Counted from the first letter of the stretch, positions 29,781 through 39,623 are shown. The stretch: DNA of 64,000 nucleotides from Blastocatellia bacterium (GCA_963765495.1 CAVXWP010000001.1:928001-992000); one strand, 5' to 3'. Notes: generated by a model not told the origin, from the sequence alone. A program made the numbers and translations.

Positions 29781-30235
29781 AAATAGAGTTTCACGTCAAC
29801 GACGCCGCGCGCGAAATCGAAGCGCCGCCGATGAGGCGATTGCTCGATGTGCTGCGCGAAGACCTGCGGCTGACAGGAACAAAGGAAGGCTGCGGCGAAG
29901 GCGAATGCGGGGCCTGCTCGGTATTGATTGACGGACGGGTGATCAACTCGTGTCTGGTTCCCGTGTGTCAGGTGCGTGGCGCTCGCATCCTAACCGTCGA
30001 AGGGCTTGCCCGCGACGGGCGGCTCGACCCTTTGCAACAGGCTTTTCTTGAATGGGGCGGCGCGCAATGCGGCATCTGCACGCCGGGGATGCTCATAGCC
30101 GCTCGCGCCCTGCTCGATTCGAACGCAAATCCTGATCGCGAAGAGATCAAAGAAGCGATAGCGGGCAACCTGTGTCGCTGTACGGGCTATGTGAAGATCA
30201 TTGATGCGATAGAACGGGCCGCCGGGTCTCGCTAG
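29777..30235 (+). CDS. Xanthine dehydrogenase-family 2x[2Fe-2S] subunit
   Basis: GCGEGECGAC, QCGICTPG, NLCRCTGY. Confidence 0.93.
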   Translation: MKIEFHVNDAAREIEAPPMRRLLDVLREDLRLTGTKEGCGEGECGACSVLIDGRVINSCLVPVCQVRGARILTVEGLARDGRLDPLQQAFLEWGGAQCGICTPGMLIAARALLDSNANPDREEIKEAIAGNLCRCTGYVKIIDAIERAAGSR

Positions 30236-30262
30236 ATCGGATTTCATTTGCGTATAAGATGC

Positions 30263-30379
30263 AATGTAGGGGCAGCCCGAATGAGTACATTTATTGTGGC
30301 TGCCCGGATCGCGCGTTAGCGCGATGACAGTCATCCCCTTTCAGGCGATTCGGGCAAGGACAAGCCTTGCCCCTACATT
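30263..30379. repeat. GTAG-family REP-like inverted pair
   Basis: aatgtaggggca ... gggcaaggacaagccttgcccctacatt. Confidence 0.65.
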
Positions 30380-30407
30380 CAATCGGAAATTTGTATAAAC
30401 AAGTGTT

Positions 30408-31265
30408 ATGACCGATTTCTCCACAGTCCATTCGCCCGCAACGCTCGCCGAGGTTTACTCGGTTCTTGCCGAGCGCGGCAGGTCGGTGAAGATCATCGCG
30501 GGCGGGACCGATTTGATGGTATTGATAAATGCCCGGCTGCTCGATGCGGCAGAGTTTTTAGACATCTGGCGGGTAGACGAATTGCGAGGGATCAGCGACG
30601 ACGGCGACGCGGTTCGCATGGGCGCGCTTTCGACTTACACCGAATTGATCCATTCGCCGCTCGTTCAAAAATATGTGCCTGTGATGGTTGATGCTTCTCG
30701 CACGATAGGCGCGATCCAGATTCAAAATCGCGGAACAATCGGCGGCAATATAGTCAACGCCTCGCCTGCCGGAGACAGCCTGCCGGTGCTTGGAGCCTGC
30801 GCGGCTGAGATCGAAATAGGCAGCCTGCGCGGCACAAGGCGCGTGAGTTTTAACCAGTTTTATACCGGCTACAGAGAGACCGTGCTTGAGCCTGACGAAA
30901 TTGTACTTTCCGCTAGGGTGCCGAAACTAAAAGAGGGCGAGCGCGATTTTTTCTGCAAGGTAGGTACGCGGCGCGCTCAGGCCATTTCTAAAGTAGTCAT
31001 GGCCGCGCGAGCCGCGATGTCGGGCGAACGGATCGAATCAATCGCAATCAGCGTCGGCAGCGTAGCGCCTACGGTTGTGCGCGCGCCTGAAACGGAAGAG
31101 TTATTGATGAGCGCGCCGCTCACGCCACAATTGATCGAGCAGGCCCGAGAGATGATTGCGCGAGAGGTTGCGCCGATCACTGATCTTCGTTCGACCGAGC
31201 ACTATCGGCGGACCGTCACCGGCAATGTGCTTGCGAAGTTTTTGCGCCAGTTGATTCTGAAATGA
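30408..31265 (+). CDS. Xanthine dehydrogenase-family FAD-binding subunit
   Basis: AGGTDL, QIQNRGTIGGN..NASPAGD, PITDLRST..YR. Confidence 0.92.
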   Translation: MTDFSTVHSPATLAEVYSVLAERGRSVKIIAGGTDLMVLINARLLDAAEFLDIWRVDELRGISDDGDAVRMGALSTYTELIHSPLVQKYVPVMVDASRTIGAIQIQNRGTIGGNIVNASPAGDSLPVLGACAAEIEIGSLRGTRRVSFNQFYTGYRETVLEPDEIVLSARVPKLKEGERDFFCKVGTRRAQAISKVVMAARAAMSGERIESIAISVGSVAPTVVRAPETEELLMSAPLTPQLIEQAREMIAREVAPITDLRSTEHYRRTVTGNVLAKFLRQLILK

Positions 31266-31299
31266 CTGATTGAGATGAATTTGAACGAAAGGCGAATAG

Positions 31300-31403
31300 A
31301 AATAGGCCACGGATGACGCGGATTAGACGGATCAACACGGATTAAATCATATCAGGTTCAGATCCGTGTAAATCCGTCGCATCCGCGTCATCCGTGGCCT
31401 ATT
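31300..31403. repeat. Family B element, full palindrome
   Basis: 23-bp perfect arms aataggccacggatgacgcggat / atccgcgtcatccgtggcctatt. Confidence 0.85.
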
Positions 31404-31436
31404 ACCGCTGGCCCTAAAATTAAGGAGACCTTTTTC

Positions 31437-33413
31437 ATGCATCGTCAAGTCCGCTTCGCGTTCTGGTCGCTCGCTGTTTGCCTTTTAACGATTGCCTGCG
31501 CCGCTGCTCAGGATAAAGCGAGCCTTGCTCATCCTCTTGACCCGCTCAGCAAGGAAGAGATCACCTCGGCGGTCGAAGTGTTGAAATCGGGCGGCAAGGT
31601 GAATGACGCGAGTCGCTTCGTTATGATCGCGCTGAACGAGCCGCCAAAAGAAGAAGTGATCAACTTCAAGCCGGGCGCCGCGATGCGACGCGAAGCTTCC
31701 GTCGTGGTCTATGAACGAGAGGCGAATAAGACTTTCGAGGGCGTGGTAGACCTGAAGAAGAAAACTGTTCTCGCGTGGCGAGAGGTCCCCGGTGTTCAGC
31801 CTTCGGCGTTGATCGAAGAATTCTTTTTCGTCCCCGGTCTTGTCCGATCTAACCCCGGGTGGCAGGAGGCCATGAAAAAACGCGGCATCACCGATTTTGA
31901 AAACGTGCAGTTGGATGCGTGGTCGGCAGGGAATTTCGGTTTCCCGGATGAAGAGGGCGTAAGAGTAGTCAGGGCTGTAGCGTATTACAGGGGCAAGTCC
32001 ACCAATCCTTATGCGCGGCCCATCGAAGGCGTAGTTGCCTATGTCAATATGAACACAAAGAAGGTCTTCAAGGTGGTTGACACGGGCGTCGTGCCGGTCT
32101 CGAAAGCGAACGGCGATTTTGACGAGGTGACAGTGGGCAAGCTCAGAGAAGCGCCCAGGGATTTGCAGATAGTTCAACCGCAGGGGGCGAGTTTCGAGGT
32201 ACGGGGCAACGAGGTTCGGTGGCAGAAATGGCGGTTCCGCTACACCCTGCACCCCCGCGAGGGGCTTGTGCTTTATACGGTGGGCTACGAGGACGAAGGC
32301 AAAGTGCGAAGCGTTCTCTATCGCGCTTCGCTTTCCGAGATGGTGGTGCCTTACGGCGATCCTGGCACGGGCTGGTTCTTCCGCAACGCATTCGACGAGG
32401 GCGAATTCGGAGTGGGGCGCGGGGCCCTGACGCTTGAACCGGGAACCGATTATTTGAGCAACGCTACGCTGTTTGACGCGGTCTTTGCGGGCGATACCGG
32501 AAGCGCATACAGTGTCCCTCGCGCGGTCGCGCTTTATGAAAGAGACGGCGGTATATTGTGGAAGCACGTTGACTACATTTCGCGCCGTAATGAATCGAGA
32601 AGGGCGCGGGAACTGGTGCTGTCTTATGTTGCCAACGTAGGCAACTACGAATACGGGTTTGACTGGGTCTTTCATCAGGACGGCACGCTTGAGATGGAAG
32701 TATTGCTGACCGGCATCATGGCGGCAAAGGGCGTGATGTCGGATTCAGGCTCACCCGAAGATCACGAAAGCGCGCACGGGCACCTCGTAGCCGATAACGT
32801 AATGGCGGTTCATCATCAGCATTTCTTCAATTTCAGACTCGATATGGATGTCGAAGGCCAGTCGAACAGTATAGTCGAGATGAACACTCAGGCGCTTCCG
32901 GCAGGGCGCGACAATCCCTACAACAACGCGTTCACTATGAAAGAAACGCCGCTTGCAAAAGAGAAAGACGCGCAACGAGTGCTCAGCCTTGAAGCCAGCC
33001 GCAAGTGGAAGATCATCAACCCTTCGATTAGAAATTCGCTTGGTCAGCCCGTCGGATACATGCTTGTTCCAGGCGAAAACTCTATACCTTTTGCGGCGGC
33101 AAGCGCGCAGGTGAGCAAACGCGCAGGCTTTATGAAATCTCATCTCTGGGTAACGCCTTACAATGCAACTGAAATGCACGCGGCGGGCGAATACGTCAAT
33201 CAAAGCAAGGGAGGCGACGGATTGCCCCGATGGACCAGCGCCAACCGCTCTATCGAGAACAGAGATATAGTCGTGTGGTACACGATGGGCATCACTCACA
33301 TTCCGCGCCCGGAAGAGTGGCCCGTCATGCCCGTGCATAAAGCCGGGTTCAAGCTGATGCCAAACGGTTTTTTTGCGCGCAACCCCGCGCTCGATGTGCC
33401 GAAACCGAAATAG
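31437..33413 (+). CDS. tynA: Copper/TPQ primary amine oxidase, exported
   Basis: HPLDPL, GNYEY (TPQ consensus), HHQHFF and THIPRPEEWPVMP copper ligands; signal peptide. Confidence 0.92.
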   Translation: MHRQVRFAFWSLAVCLLTIACAAAQDKASLAHPLDPLSKEEITSAVEVLKSGGKVNDASRFVMIALNEPPKEEVINFKPGAAMRREASVVVYEREANKTFEGVVDLKKKTVLAWREVPGVQPSALIEEFFFVPGLVRSNPGWQEAMKKRGITDFENVQLDAWSAGNFGFPDEEGVRVVRAVAYYRGKSTNPYARPIEGVVAYVNMNTKKVFKVVDTGVVPVSKANGDFDEVTVGKLREAPRDLQIVQPQGASFEVRGNEVRWQKWRFRYTLHPREGLVLYTVGYEDEGKVRSVLYRASLSEMVVPYGDPGTGWFFRNAFDEGEFGVGRGALTLEPGTDYLSNATLFDAVFAGDTGSAYSVPRAVALYERDGGILWKHVDYISRRNESRRARELVLSYVANVGNYEYGFDWVFHQDGTLEMEVLLTGIMAAKGVMSDSGSPEDHESAHGHLVADNVMAVHHQHFFNFRLDMDVEGQSNSIVEMNTQALPAGRDNPYNNAFTMKETPLAKEKDAQRVLSLEASRKWKIINPSIRNSLGQPVGYMLVPGENSIPFAAASAQVSKRAGFMKSHLWVTPYNATEMHAAGEYVNQSKGGDGLPRWTSANRSIENRDIVVWYTMGITHIPRPEEWPVMPVHKAGFKLMPNGFFARNPALDVPKPK

Positions 33414-33522
33414 AGCTTCTTTCGCGCCCGCTCATCTGTGATCTCAGATGCTCTATGCCTCAGAAAAGCCGGTCTGTTAAACTAACCGTGTCAGTAAAGG
33501 ATCGAACCGGCTTCACCTGAGT

Positions 33523-33837
33523 ATGAAAAAAAGATTCAAACATATAGCTCTCTGGCTGCTTGGCTGGACGTTTATTCTTCTGGGCATAATCGGATTGTTT
33601 CTGCCCCTCATGCAAGGCATTCTCTTTTTGCTCATCGGTCTGTCGCTGCTTTCGACCGTATCTCCGTGGGCGGAACGAATGCTATGGAAGATAAGAAAAC
33701 GGTTCCCAAGGATTGCCAAAACATTCGATCAGGCGAAAGAGAAGACAAAGAAGTGGCAGGACAGATTATCAGCCCGCTTCGATGACGCAAAAGAGAAAGT
33801 CAAAGACGCGAAATCGGATTTGACCGGACATTTATAA
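33523..33837 (+). CDS. Small membrane protein (PGPGW/DUF454-like)
   Basis: GW.FI.LGIIGLFLP..QG.LF pattern, basic tail. Confidence 0.6.
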   Translation: MKKRFKHIALWLLGWTFILLGIIGLFLPLMQGILFLLIGLSLLSTVSPWAERMLWKIRKRFPRIAKTFDQAKEKTKKWQDRLSARFDDAKEKVKDAKSDLTGHL

Positions 33838-33838
33838 A

Positions 33839-33931
33839 GTGATTCGTGATTCGTAATTCGTGACTATCAGGCAGGTCACAGGTTCAGGACGACTTGCAAA
33901 TCTGCTAAATCACACATCACGCATCACAATC
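33839..33931. repeat. Family A element, copy 5
   Basis: gtgattcgtgattcgtaattcgtga / tcacacatcacgcatcac; core CAGGCAG-N7-GTTCAGGA-N5-TGCAAA. Confidence 0.82.
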
Positions 33932-33944
33932 AATAGGAGAGACC

Positions 33945-35717
33945 GTGATTCGCAATACCGCTATTGTCCTCTTGATTCTTCTGACAGGATCAACCTCTCT
34001 GGCGCTGTTATTTGACGATAAGGACTACGCAAAAAAGATGCACGAACTATTTGAAGAAGACTGGCAGTGGGCATTGGAGCAATACCCAGAGACGGCTACG
34101 TTTCTGGGCGTAAATCGTTATAACGACCGGCTGACCGACCTTTCCTTCGAGGCTATCGAAGCTCGGAAACAGCACGAGCGCGAAATGCTTGAGCGAATAC
34201 AAAAGATTGATCGGTCCAGGCTGTCGGGGCAGGATTTGATCTCTTACGATCTTTTCCTGCTCGATAAAAAGATGAATGTAGAAGGCGAGCGCTTTCCTTC
34301 CGAGCTTATACCTATAAACCAGATGCAGGGCGTTCAATTGACCTTTCCTCAAATGGTAGAGGCGACCCCTTTTCACAATAGGAAAGATTATGAAGATTAC
34401 CTTTCGCGCCTTTCGGCTTTTCCCGCACAGGTAGATCAATTGATCGCGCTGATGAAACGCGGCATCGAGACTCGCTGGGTTCCGCCCGCCGTCCCGCTTC
34501 GTTCCGTTCCTGCGCAGATTGAAGGGCAGATAGTGAGCGATCCCGCGAAAAGCCCGCTTTATAGGCCTTTCAGCGAGTTTCCACAGGATGTAGCCTCATC
34601 CGATCGTGATCGAATATCGGAGGCCGGTCGCCAGCGGATAACCGAATCCGTCATGCCGGCGCTTAAAAAACTCCATGCCTTTATAAAGGATACCTACCTG
34701 CCAGCCTGCAACAAGGACATCAGCGCCAAAGCACTCCCCGAAGGCGAGGCTTATTATAATTACTCGATCCGGCGACTGACGACCACAAATCTTTCGGCAA
34801 GAGAGATTCACGAAATAGGCAAACGAGAGGTCGCGCGAATTCGCAAACAGATGGAAGGCATCATCAAACAGGTGGGTTTCAAGGGATCGTTTCAGGAGTT
34901 TCTGACTTTTCTTCGCACAGACCCGCGTTTTTATTTCACAAGGCCGGAAGAGCTTGTAACGGCTTATCGCGACATCGCCAAGCGGGCCGACGCGCGATTG
35001 CCCGAACTCTTTGCCGAACTTCCGCGAAACCCTTACGGCGTGGCCGAGATTCCCGATTACGAAGCGCCTGCGCAAACTACGGCCTACTATCAACCCGGCG
35101 CGGCCGACGGCTCGCGAGCGGGCTATTACATGGTGAATACTTATAAATTAGACACGCGCCCGAAATATGAGATGGAGGCGCTGTCTCTGCACGAATCCGT
35201 GCCGGGCCATCACCTGCAAATCTCGCGGGCGCAGGAACTCAAAGACCTGCCCGATTTCCGCCGTAACGGCGGCTATACGGCATATGTCGAAGGCTGGGGG
35301 CTTTATGCCGAAAGTCTTGGCCCGGACCTTGGGTTTTATACCGATCCTTATTCGAAATTCGGCCAGCTTACCTATGAGATGTGGCGGGCCTGCCGCCTTG
35401 TCGTAGACACGGGGATGCACCAGTTCGGATGGAGCCGGGGGCAAGCCATCGATTTTATGAAAGAGAACACCGCCAAGACGGAAAACGACATCATAGTAGA
35501 GATAGACCGCTATATAGTCTGGCCCGGCCAGGCGCTTGCCTACAAATTGGGCGAGCTGAAGATCAAGGAATTACGCGCCAGGGCGGAAGGCGAACTCGGG
35601 GACCGCTTCGATTTGCGAACATTTCACAATGCCGTGCTCGATGACGGGCCTCTGCCTCTCGACCTCCTCGAACAGAGGATAAACGCCTGGATCGCGGAGC
35701 AAAAAAGGAAGGAGTAG
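33945..35717 (+). CDS. DUF885-family secreted putative metallopeptidase
   Basis: HESVPGHHLQ, YVEGWGLYAE, RACRLVVDTG, EIDRY..WPGQALAY. Confidence 0.9.
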   Translation: MIRNTAIVLLILLTGSTSLALLFDDKDYAKKMHELFEEDWQWALEQYPETATFLGVNRYNDRLTDLSFEAIEARKQHEREMLERIQKIDRSRLSGQDLISYDLFLLDKKMNVEGERFPSELIPINQMQGVQLTFPQMVEATPFHNRKDYEDYLSRLSAFPAQVDQLIALMKRGIETRWVPPAVPLRSVPAQIEGQIVSDPAKSPLYRPFSEFPQDVASSDRDRISEAGRQRITESVMPALKKLHAFIKDTYLPACNKDISAKALPEGEAYYNYSIRRLTTTNLSAREIHEIGKREVARIRKQMEGIIKQVGFKGSFQEFLTFLRTDPRFYFTRPEELVTAYRDIAKRADARLPELFAELPRNPYGVAEIPDYEAPAQTTAYYQPGAADGSRAGYYMVNTYKLDTRPKYEMEALSLHESVPGHHLQISRAQELKDLPDFRRNGGYTAYVEGWGLYAESLGPDLGFYTDPYSKFGQLTYEMWRACRLVVDTGMHQFGWSRGQAIDFMKENTAKTENDIIVEIDRYIVWPGQALAYKLGELKIKELRARAEGELGDRFDLRTFHNAVLDDGPLPLDLLEQRINAWIAEQKRKE

Positions 35718-35718
35718 T

Positions 35719-37029
35719 ATGAGCGCGCTGCTAAGAAAACGCATCTTGCTTTATATGGTTCTGGCAGGGCTGATGATGCCCGGTCTGATCGCGTGCGCAG
35801 GCGTCAGCCAGTCAAACGACATGATCGGCAACGCCGCGCCTCCGAGTGATAAAAGAGACACTATGGAAGAGACACAAAAGAGACCCGCAACAGTGCAGGT
35901 TGATGCGCGTCTGGTTTCGGCCAATGCGAAATTCGGGCTCGATCTTTTCAAGACACTTGCCAAAACAAGCGCCGGGAAAAATGTCTTTATCTCTCCGTCA
36001 AGCGTCGGCCTTGCGCTGGCCATGACCTACAACGGTGCGGAAGGCGAAACCCGACAGGCGATGGCCCGAACGCTCGCGCTTCAGGGGATCAGCCTCGAAG
36101 AAGTGAATCAGGCTTACGCTCAGTTGAAATCGTCGCTTGCAAGCCCCGACCCGAAGGTGAAACTCGATGTCGCCAACTCGCTCTGGGCAAATAACAGCGT
36201 GATGTTCAAGCCGGATTTCATCAACCGAAATAAAGAATATTACGGAGCCGAAGTTGCTGAACTGGACTTTGGCGACCCCGGCGCTATATCGAGGATAAAC
36301 TCCTGGGTCAGTAAGAACACGGGCGGAAAGATAGAAAAGATCATCGACCACATCGAACCAGATGCCGTCATGTTTTTGATCAACGCGATCTATTTCAAGG
36401 GATCGTGGAGCGTCGAATTTGACAAGGACAACACGAAAGACGATTTCTTTACCGCAGGCACCGGCACCCGCAAAAAGATGCCCATGATGTCGCAGTCGGG
36501 CAAGTTCCGCTACTTCGAGGAGAAGAATTTTCAGGCTATCAGTCTGCCTTACGGCGAAGGCCGCGTGAGCATGTATATCTTCCTTCCCAGAGAGGGGTTG
36601 AGCCTGGCGGATTTCATCAAAAACCTGACCGCCGAACAATGGGATTCGTGGATGTCGGAGTTTCAGAAAACCAGAGGCGATATAGTTATGCCGCGCTACC
36701 GGCTGGAGTATGAAACGAGCCTCAACGACGCGCTCAAGGCCCTTGGCATGGGCATAGCATTTGCGCCGGATCGGGCGAATTTCTCAAATATGATCTCTCA
36801 GAAAGATGGAAACGCCTTTATAAATGAGGTCAAACACAAGACCTTTTTAGAGGTAAATGAAGAAGGCACGGAAGCCGCCGCCGCGACATCGGTCGGCATC
36901 TCGGTAACTTCCTTGCAGGTAGAATCGCCTCCATTCCGAATGGTGGTCGATCATCCGTTCTTCTGCGCGATCAGAGATAACGACACCGGGACCGTGTTGT
37001 TTATGGGAGCCGTAACAGACCCCCAATAA
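35719..37029 (+). CDS. Serpin (probable lipoprotein)
   Basis: NVFISP.S, NAIYFKG.W, hinge EEGTEAAAAT, DHPFF; LIAC lipobox-like motif. Confidence 0.93.
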   Translation: MSALLRKRILLYMVLAGLMMPGLIACAGVSQSNDMIGNAAPPSDKRDTMEETQKRPATVQVDARLVSANAKFGLDLFKTLAKTSAGKNVFISPSSVGLALAMTYNGAEGETRQAMARTLALQGISLEEVNQAYAQLKSSLASPDPKVKLDVANSLWANNSVMFKPDFINRNKEYYGAEVAELDFGDPGAISRINSWVSKNTGGKIEKIIDHIEPDAVMFLINAIYFKGSWSVEFDKDNTKDDFFTAGTGTRKKMPMMSQSGKFRYFEEKNFQAISLPYGEGRVSMYIFLPREGLSLADFIKNLTAEQWDSWMSEFQKTRGDIVMPRYRLEYETSLNDALKALGMGIAFAPDRANFSNMISQKDGNAFINEVKHKTFLEVNEEGTEAAAATSVGISVTSLQVESPPFRMVVDHPFFCAIRDNDTGTVLFMGAVTDPQ

Positions 37030-37053
37030 TAGAGTTCATGTTAAGCAATGTAC

Positions 37054-37138
37054 GCGCCCCGGATGGGCGCAAGGAAGATAGCCAGTGGCAAGCCGAAGCG
37101 CACCCTCTGGCTACCTTCCTCCGACCCCTCTGGGGTCG
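37054..37138. repeat. Multi-hairpin REP-like element
   Basis: gcgccc-cggat-gggcgc; aggaagatagccagtgg / cctctggctaccttcct; cgacccc-tct-ggggtcg. Confidence 0.55.
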
Positions 37139-37191
37139 AGGGAATCGCAACGACGCAAAGACCGCAAAAAATTAAAGAGGAGACACATCTG

Positions 37192-37932
37192 ATGCTTTTG
37201 GTTTTGCTTTTTCTCTCACTGCTCGCGCCGCCACATTCAGACTCGATCAAGACTGGCGAAGAACTAATTCAGGCCATGCGCAGTCGCTATGCCGGGAAGT
37301 GGTATAAGACCGCCACCTTTGTGCAAAAGACCACAAACTATCAGCCGGACGGCACAAGCAAGGCCGAGACATGGTACGAGGCGATGGCCCTGCCCGGCAG
37401 GCTGCGAATAGATTTCGACCCCATCAAGGACGGCAACGGCTTGCTCTTTGTCGACGATACGCTGAATGTCTTTAAGGACGGCAAACTCGATAAATCGCAA
37501 CCGCTCATACATCCGCTGATGGTGCTTGGTTTCGATGTGTACGCGCTTCCGGTCAAGGATACGCTCGACAAATTAAAGGAATTGAAGTTTGACCTCTCCA
37601 TCCTGCGCGAAGACACGTGGCAGGGCAGACCCGTCTATGTAGTCGGGGCAAAGGCGGGCGACACGCATTCGCCGCAGTTCTGGATAGACAAAGAGCATCT
37701 CTATTTCGTGCGAATGCTGAAGCCGGCAGGGAAGGACGGGTCGCTCACTCAGGAGGTGCAGTTTAACAAGTATCAGCGTCTGGGCGGAGGATGGATGTCC
37801 CCCGAAGTCGTCTTTTCGGTAAATGACCGGCGCGTGACTCTGGAAGAGTACTCCGACATCCACGGGGACGTGAAACTCAACGACGAGTTGTTTAAGCCGG
37901 AAACCTGGACCACAGAGCATCACTGGAGGTAG
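37192..37932 (+). CDS. Exported hypothetical protein, possibly LolA-like fold
   Basis: GAGGAG RBS; signal peptide; TWYEA...PGRLRIDF, FWIDKE. Confidence 0.6.
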   Translation: MLLVLLFLSLLAPPHSDSIKTGEELIQAMRSRYAGKWYKTATFVQKTTNYQPDGTSKAETWYEAMALPGRLRIDFDPIKDGNGLLFVDDTLNVFKDGKLDKSQPLIHPLMVLGFDVYALPVKDTLDKLKELKFDLSILREDTWQGRPVYVVGAKAGDTHSPQFWIDKEHLYFVRMLKPAGKDGSLTQEVQFNKYQRLGGGWMSPEVVFSVNDRRVTLEEYSDIHGDVKLNDELFKPETWTTEHHWR

Positions 37933-37976
37933 ATGTTTCGGCTGCCGGATATTTTTTAGAGAGTTTTAGTGAGCCA

Positions 37977-38846
37977 ATGATAAAGAGCACCTTTTGCCAC
38001 CTGCCCGGCATCAACATAGCGGCGGAGCGCAGTCTCTGGTCGTCGGGCGTTCATTCCTGGGATAGCCTGTTGCTTCCTCCCCGACATGTCAGGTTGCCTC
38101 GCGGGGTGGCAGGCTCTTTATCGACTCATATCGAACGCTCATTTGAATCGCTGGTAAACAATGATCCGAACTATTTCGCGGGGCTTCTTCCATCAAATCA
38201 GCACTGGCGGTTGTTTCCCGATTTTCGCCATTCAATCGCCTATCTCGACATCGAAACTACGGGGCTGGGGTACTCAGATAGCATCACTACCATAGCCATC
38301 TATGACGGCAAAACGGTTCGTCATTATGTGCGCGGGCGGAATCTGGATGACTTCCGGCGGGATATTAGAGAGCACAGCGTCGTTGTCACCTATAACGGTA
38401 AATGCTTCGACGCGCCTTTCATCGAGCGGTCTTTCGGAATCAGGATGAATCACGTTCACATCGACCTGAGATATATCCTTAAGGCGCTCGGGTACACGGG
38501 CGGATTGAAAGCCTGTGAACGCCATCTGGGACTCGATAGGGAAGGGCTCGAAGGCGTAGACGGAAACTTTGCCGTGCTGCTGTGGGATGATTATATAAGA
38601 AACCGCAATGAAAGGGCGCTTGAGACGTTGCTGGCCTACAATATTCAGGATGTTGTGAATCTTGAAGTGCTGCTCGTCATTGCCTATAACCTGAACCTCA
38701 AAGCGACACCGTTTCGCGACAGCCATCGCCTGGCGTCGCCATCGCCCCCCCTCATTCCATTCACACCCGACCGTGAAACTATAAACCGAATCAGGGCAAC
38801 AAACTTTACAACCTCCTGGTACGGTCGCGGCTACAGAAGGCGGTGA
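37977..38846 (+). CDS. RNase H-like (YprB-type) exonuclease domain protein
   Basis: YLDIETTGL, TYNGKCFD, HIDL, GGLK..E..LG, YN..DV. Confidence 0.82.
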   Translation: MIKSTFCHLPGINIAAERSLWSSGVHSWDSLLLPPRHVRLPRGVAGSLSTHIERSFESLVNNDPNYFAGLLPSNQHWRLFPDFRHSIAYLDIETTGLGYSDSITTIAIYDGKTVRHYVRGRNLDDFRRDIREHSVVVTYNGKCFDAPFIERSFGIRMNHVHIDLRYILKALGYTGGLKACERHLGLDREGLEGVDGNFAVLLWDDYIRNRNERALETLLAYNIQDVVNLEVLLVIAYNLNLKATPFRDSHRLASPSPPLIPFTPDRETINRIRATNFTTSWYGRGYRRR

Positions 38847-38869
38847 TGCGGTCGCTCGGCAAGCAAAGA

Positions 38870-39238
38870 TCACTTGCCCCGGAAGCTTTGCACCGCATTA
38901 TGCTGCGCGGCCAGCCGCTCGCCCAGACTCGTACATACGGCCTCGCATAGATCGAAAATAGAAGAATCGGCTACCCGGTAATAAACATTCAACCCTTCCT
39001 TGCGACGCGCCACCATCCCCGCATCCCCTAACAGACTCAGGTGCTTCGATACGTTCGCCTGCCCTGCCCCGGTCGCCTCGACCAGTTCCGACACGCTCAT
39101 CTCATCCGCGCCAAGCGCGTGCAGTATCTTCAGCCGCATGGGCTCGGCCAGTACGCGAAACCGCGCCGCTATCAATTCCAGCGCATGCTCGGTCAACTGC
39201 GCCCGCTCTCTTTTTATACTCTCTGAACTCGCTTTCAA
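38870..39238 (-). CDS. ArsR/SmtB-family transcriptional regulator
   Basis: F.VLAEPMRLKIL, Q.NVSKHL..L..AG.V..R.EG..VYY. Confidence 0.9.
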   Translation of the reverse strand: MKASSESIKRERAQLTEHALELIAARFRVLAEPMRLKILHALGADEMSVSELVEATGAGQANVSKHLSLLGDAGMVARRKEGLNVYYRVADSSIFDLCEAVCTSLGERLAAQHNAVQSFRGK

Positions 39239-39312
39239 TTCTACCTCCCTGTCCGTTCGCTTCTCCTATTCTAACCCGCTTCCTCTCCCTGAGTATATCT
39301 CTATATTCTTTC

Positions 39313-39341
39313 TTGACTATATCACTATATAGTAATATAGT
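39313..39341 (+). promoter_or_regulatory. Sigma70 promoter overlapped by a 26-bp palindromic operator (probable ArsR site)
   Basis: TTGACT-N17-TATAGT; near-perfect palindrome actatatcactatatagtaatatagt at 39316-39341. Confidence 0.7.
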
Positions 39342-39382
39342 AGACTCGTCAACAGAGTCAGCAAAGTGAGGAGGGAGAAGAG

Positions 39383-39601
39383 ATGACGGTTGAGAGGTAT
39401 TTAAGGTTGATAGCGGGGGGTATCGTTTTGGCGACGCTGTTACTCGGCCATTTTATCAGTTCTTACTGGTATCTGTTCACGGGGTTTGTAGCGCTGAACC
39501 TCATACAGTCGGCCTTCACCGACTGGTGTCCGATGATGACGTTTCTGCGATGGTTGGGCGCTAAGGACGAGGGCTCGCGCAGGGTTTCCGGGCGCGTCTG
39601 A
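39383..39601 (+). CDS. DUF2892 (YgaP-like) membrane protein
   Basis: VER.LRLIAG, FV.LNL.QSAFT.WCP. Confidence 0.85.
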   Translation: MTVERYLRLIAGGIVLATLLLGHFISSYWYLFTGFVALNLIQSAFTDWCPMMTFLRWLGAKDEGSRRVSGRV

Positions 39602-39623
39602 GTAAGGCAAAGGGGGAATCATC

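Noticed and set aside
31485-32675. 396-aa antisense ORF
   Set aside because: Shadow of the copper amine oxidase gene.
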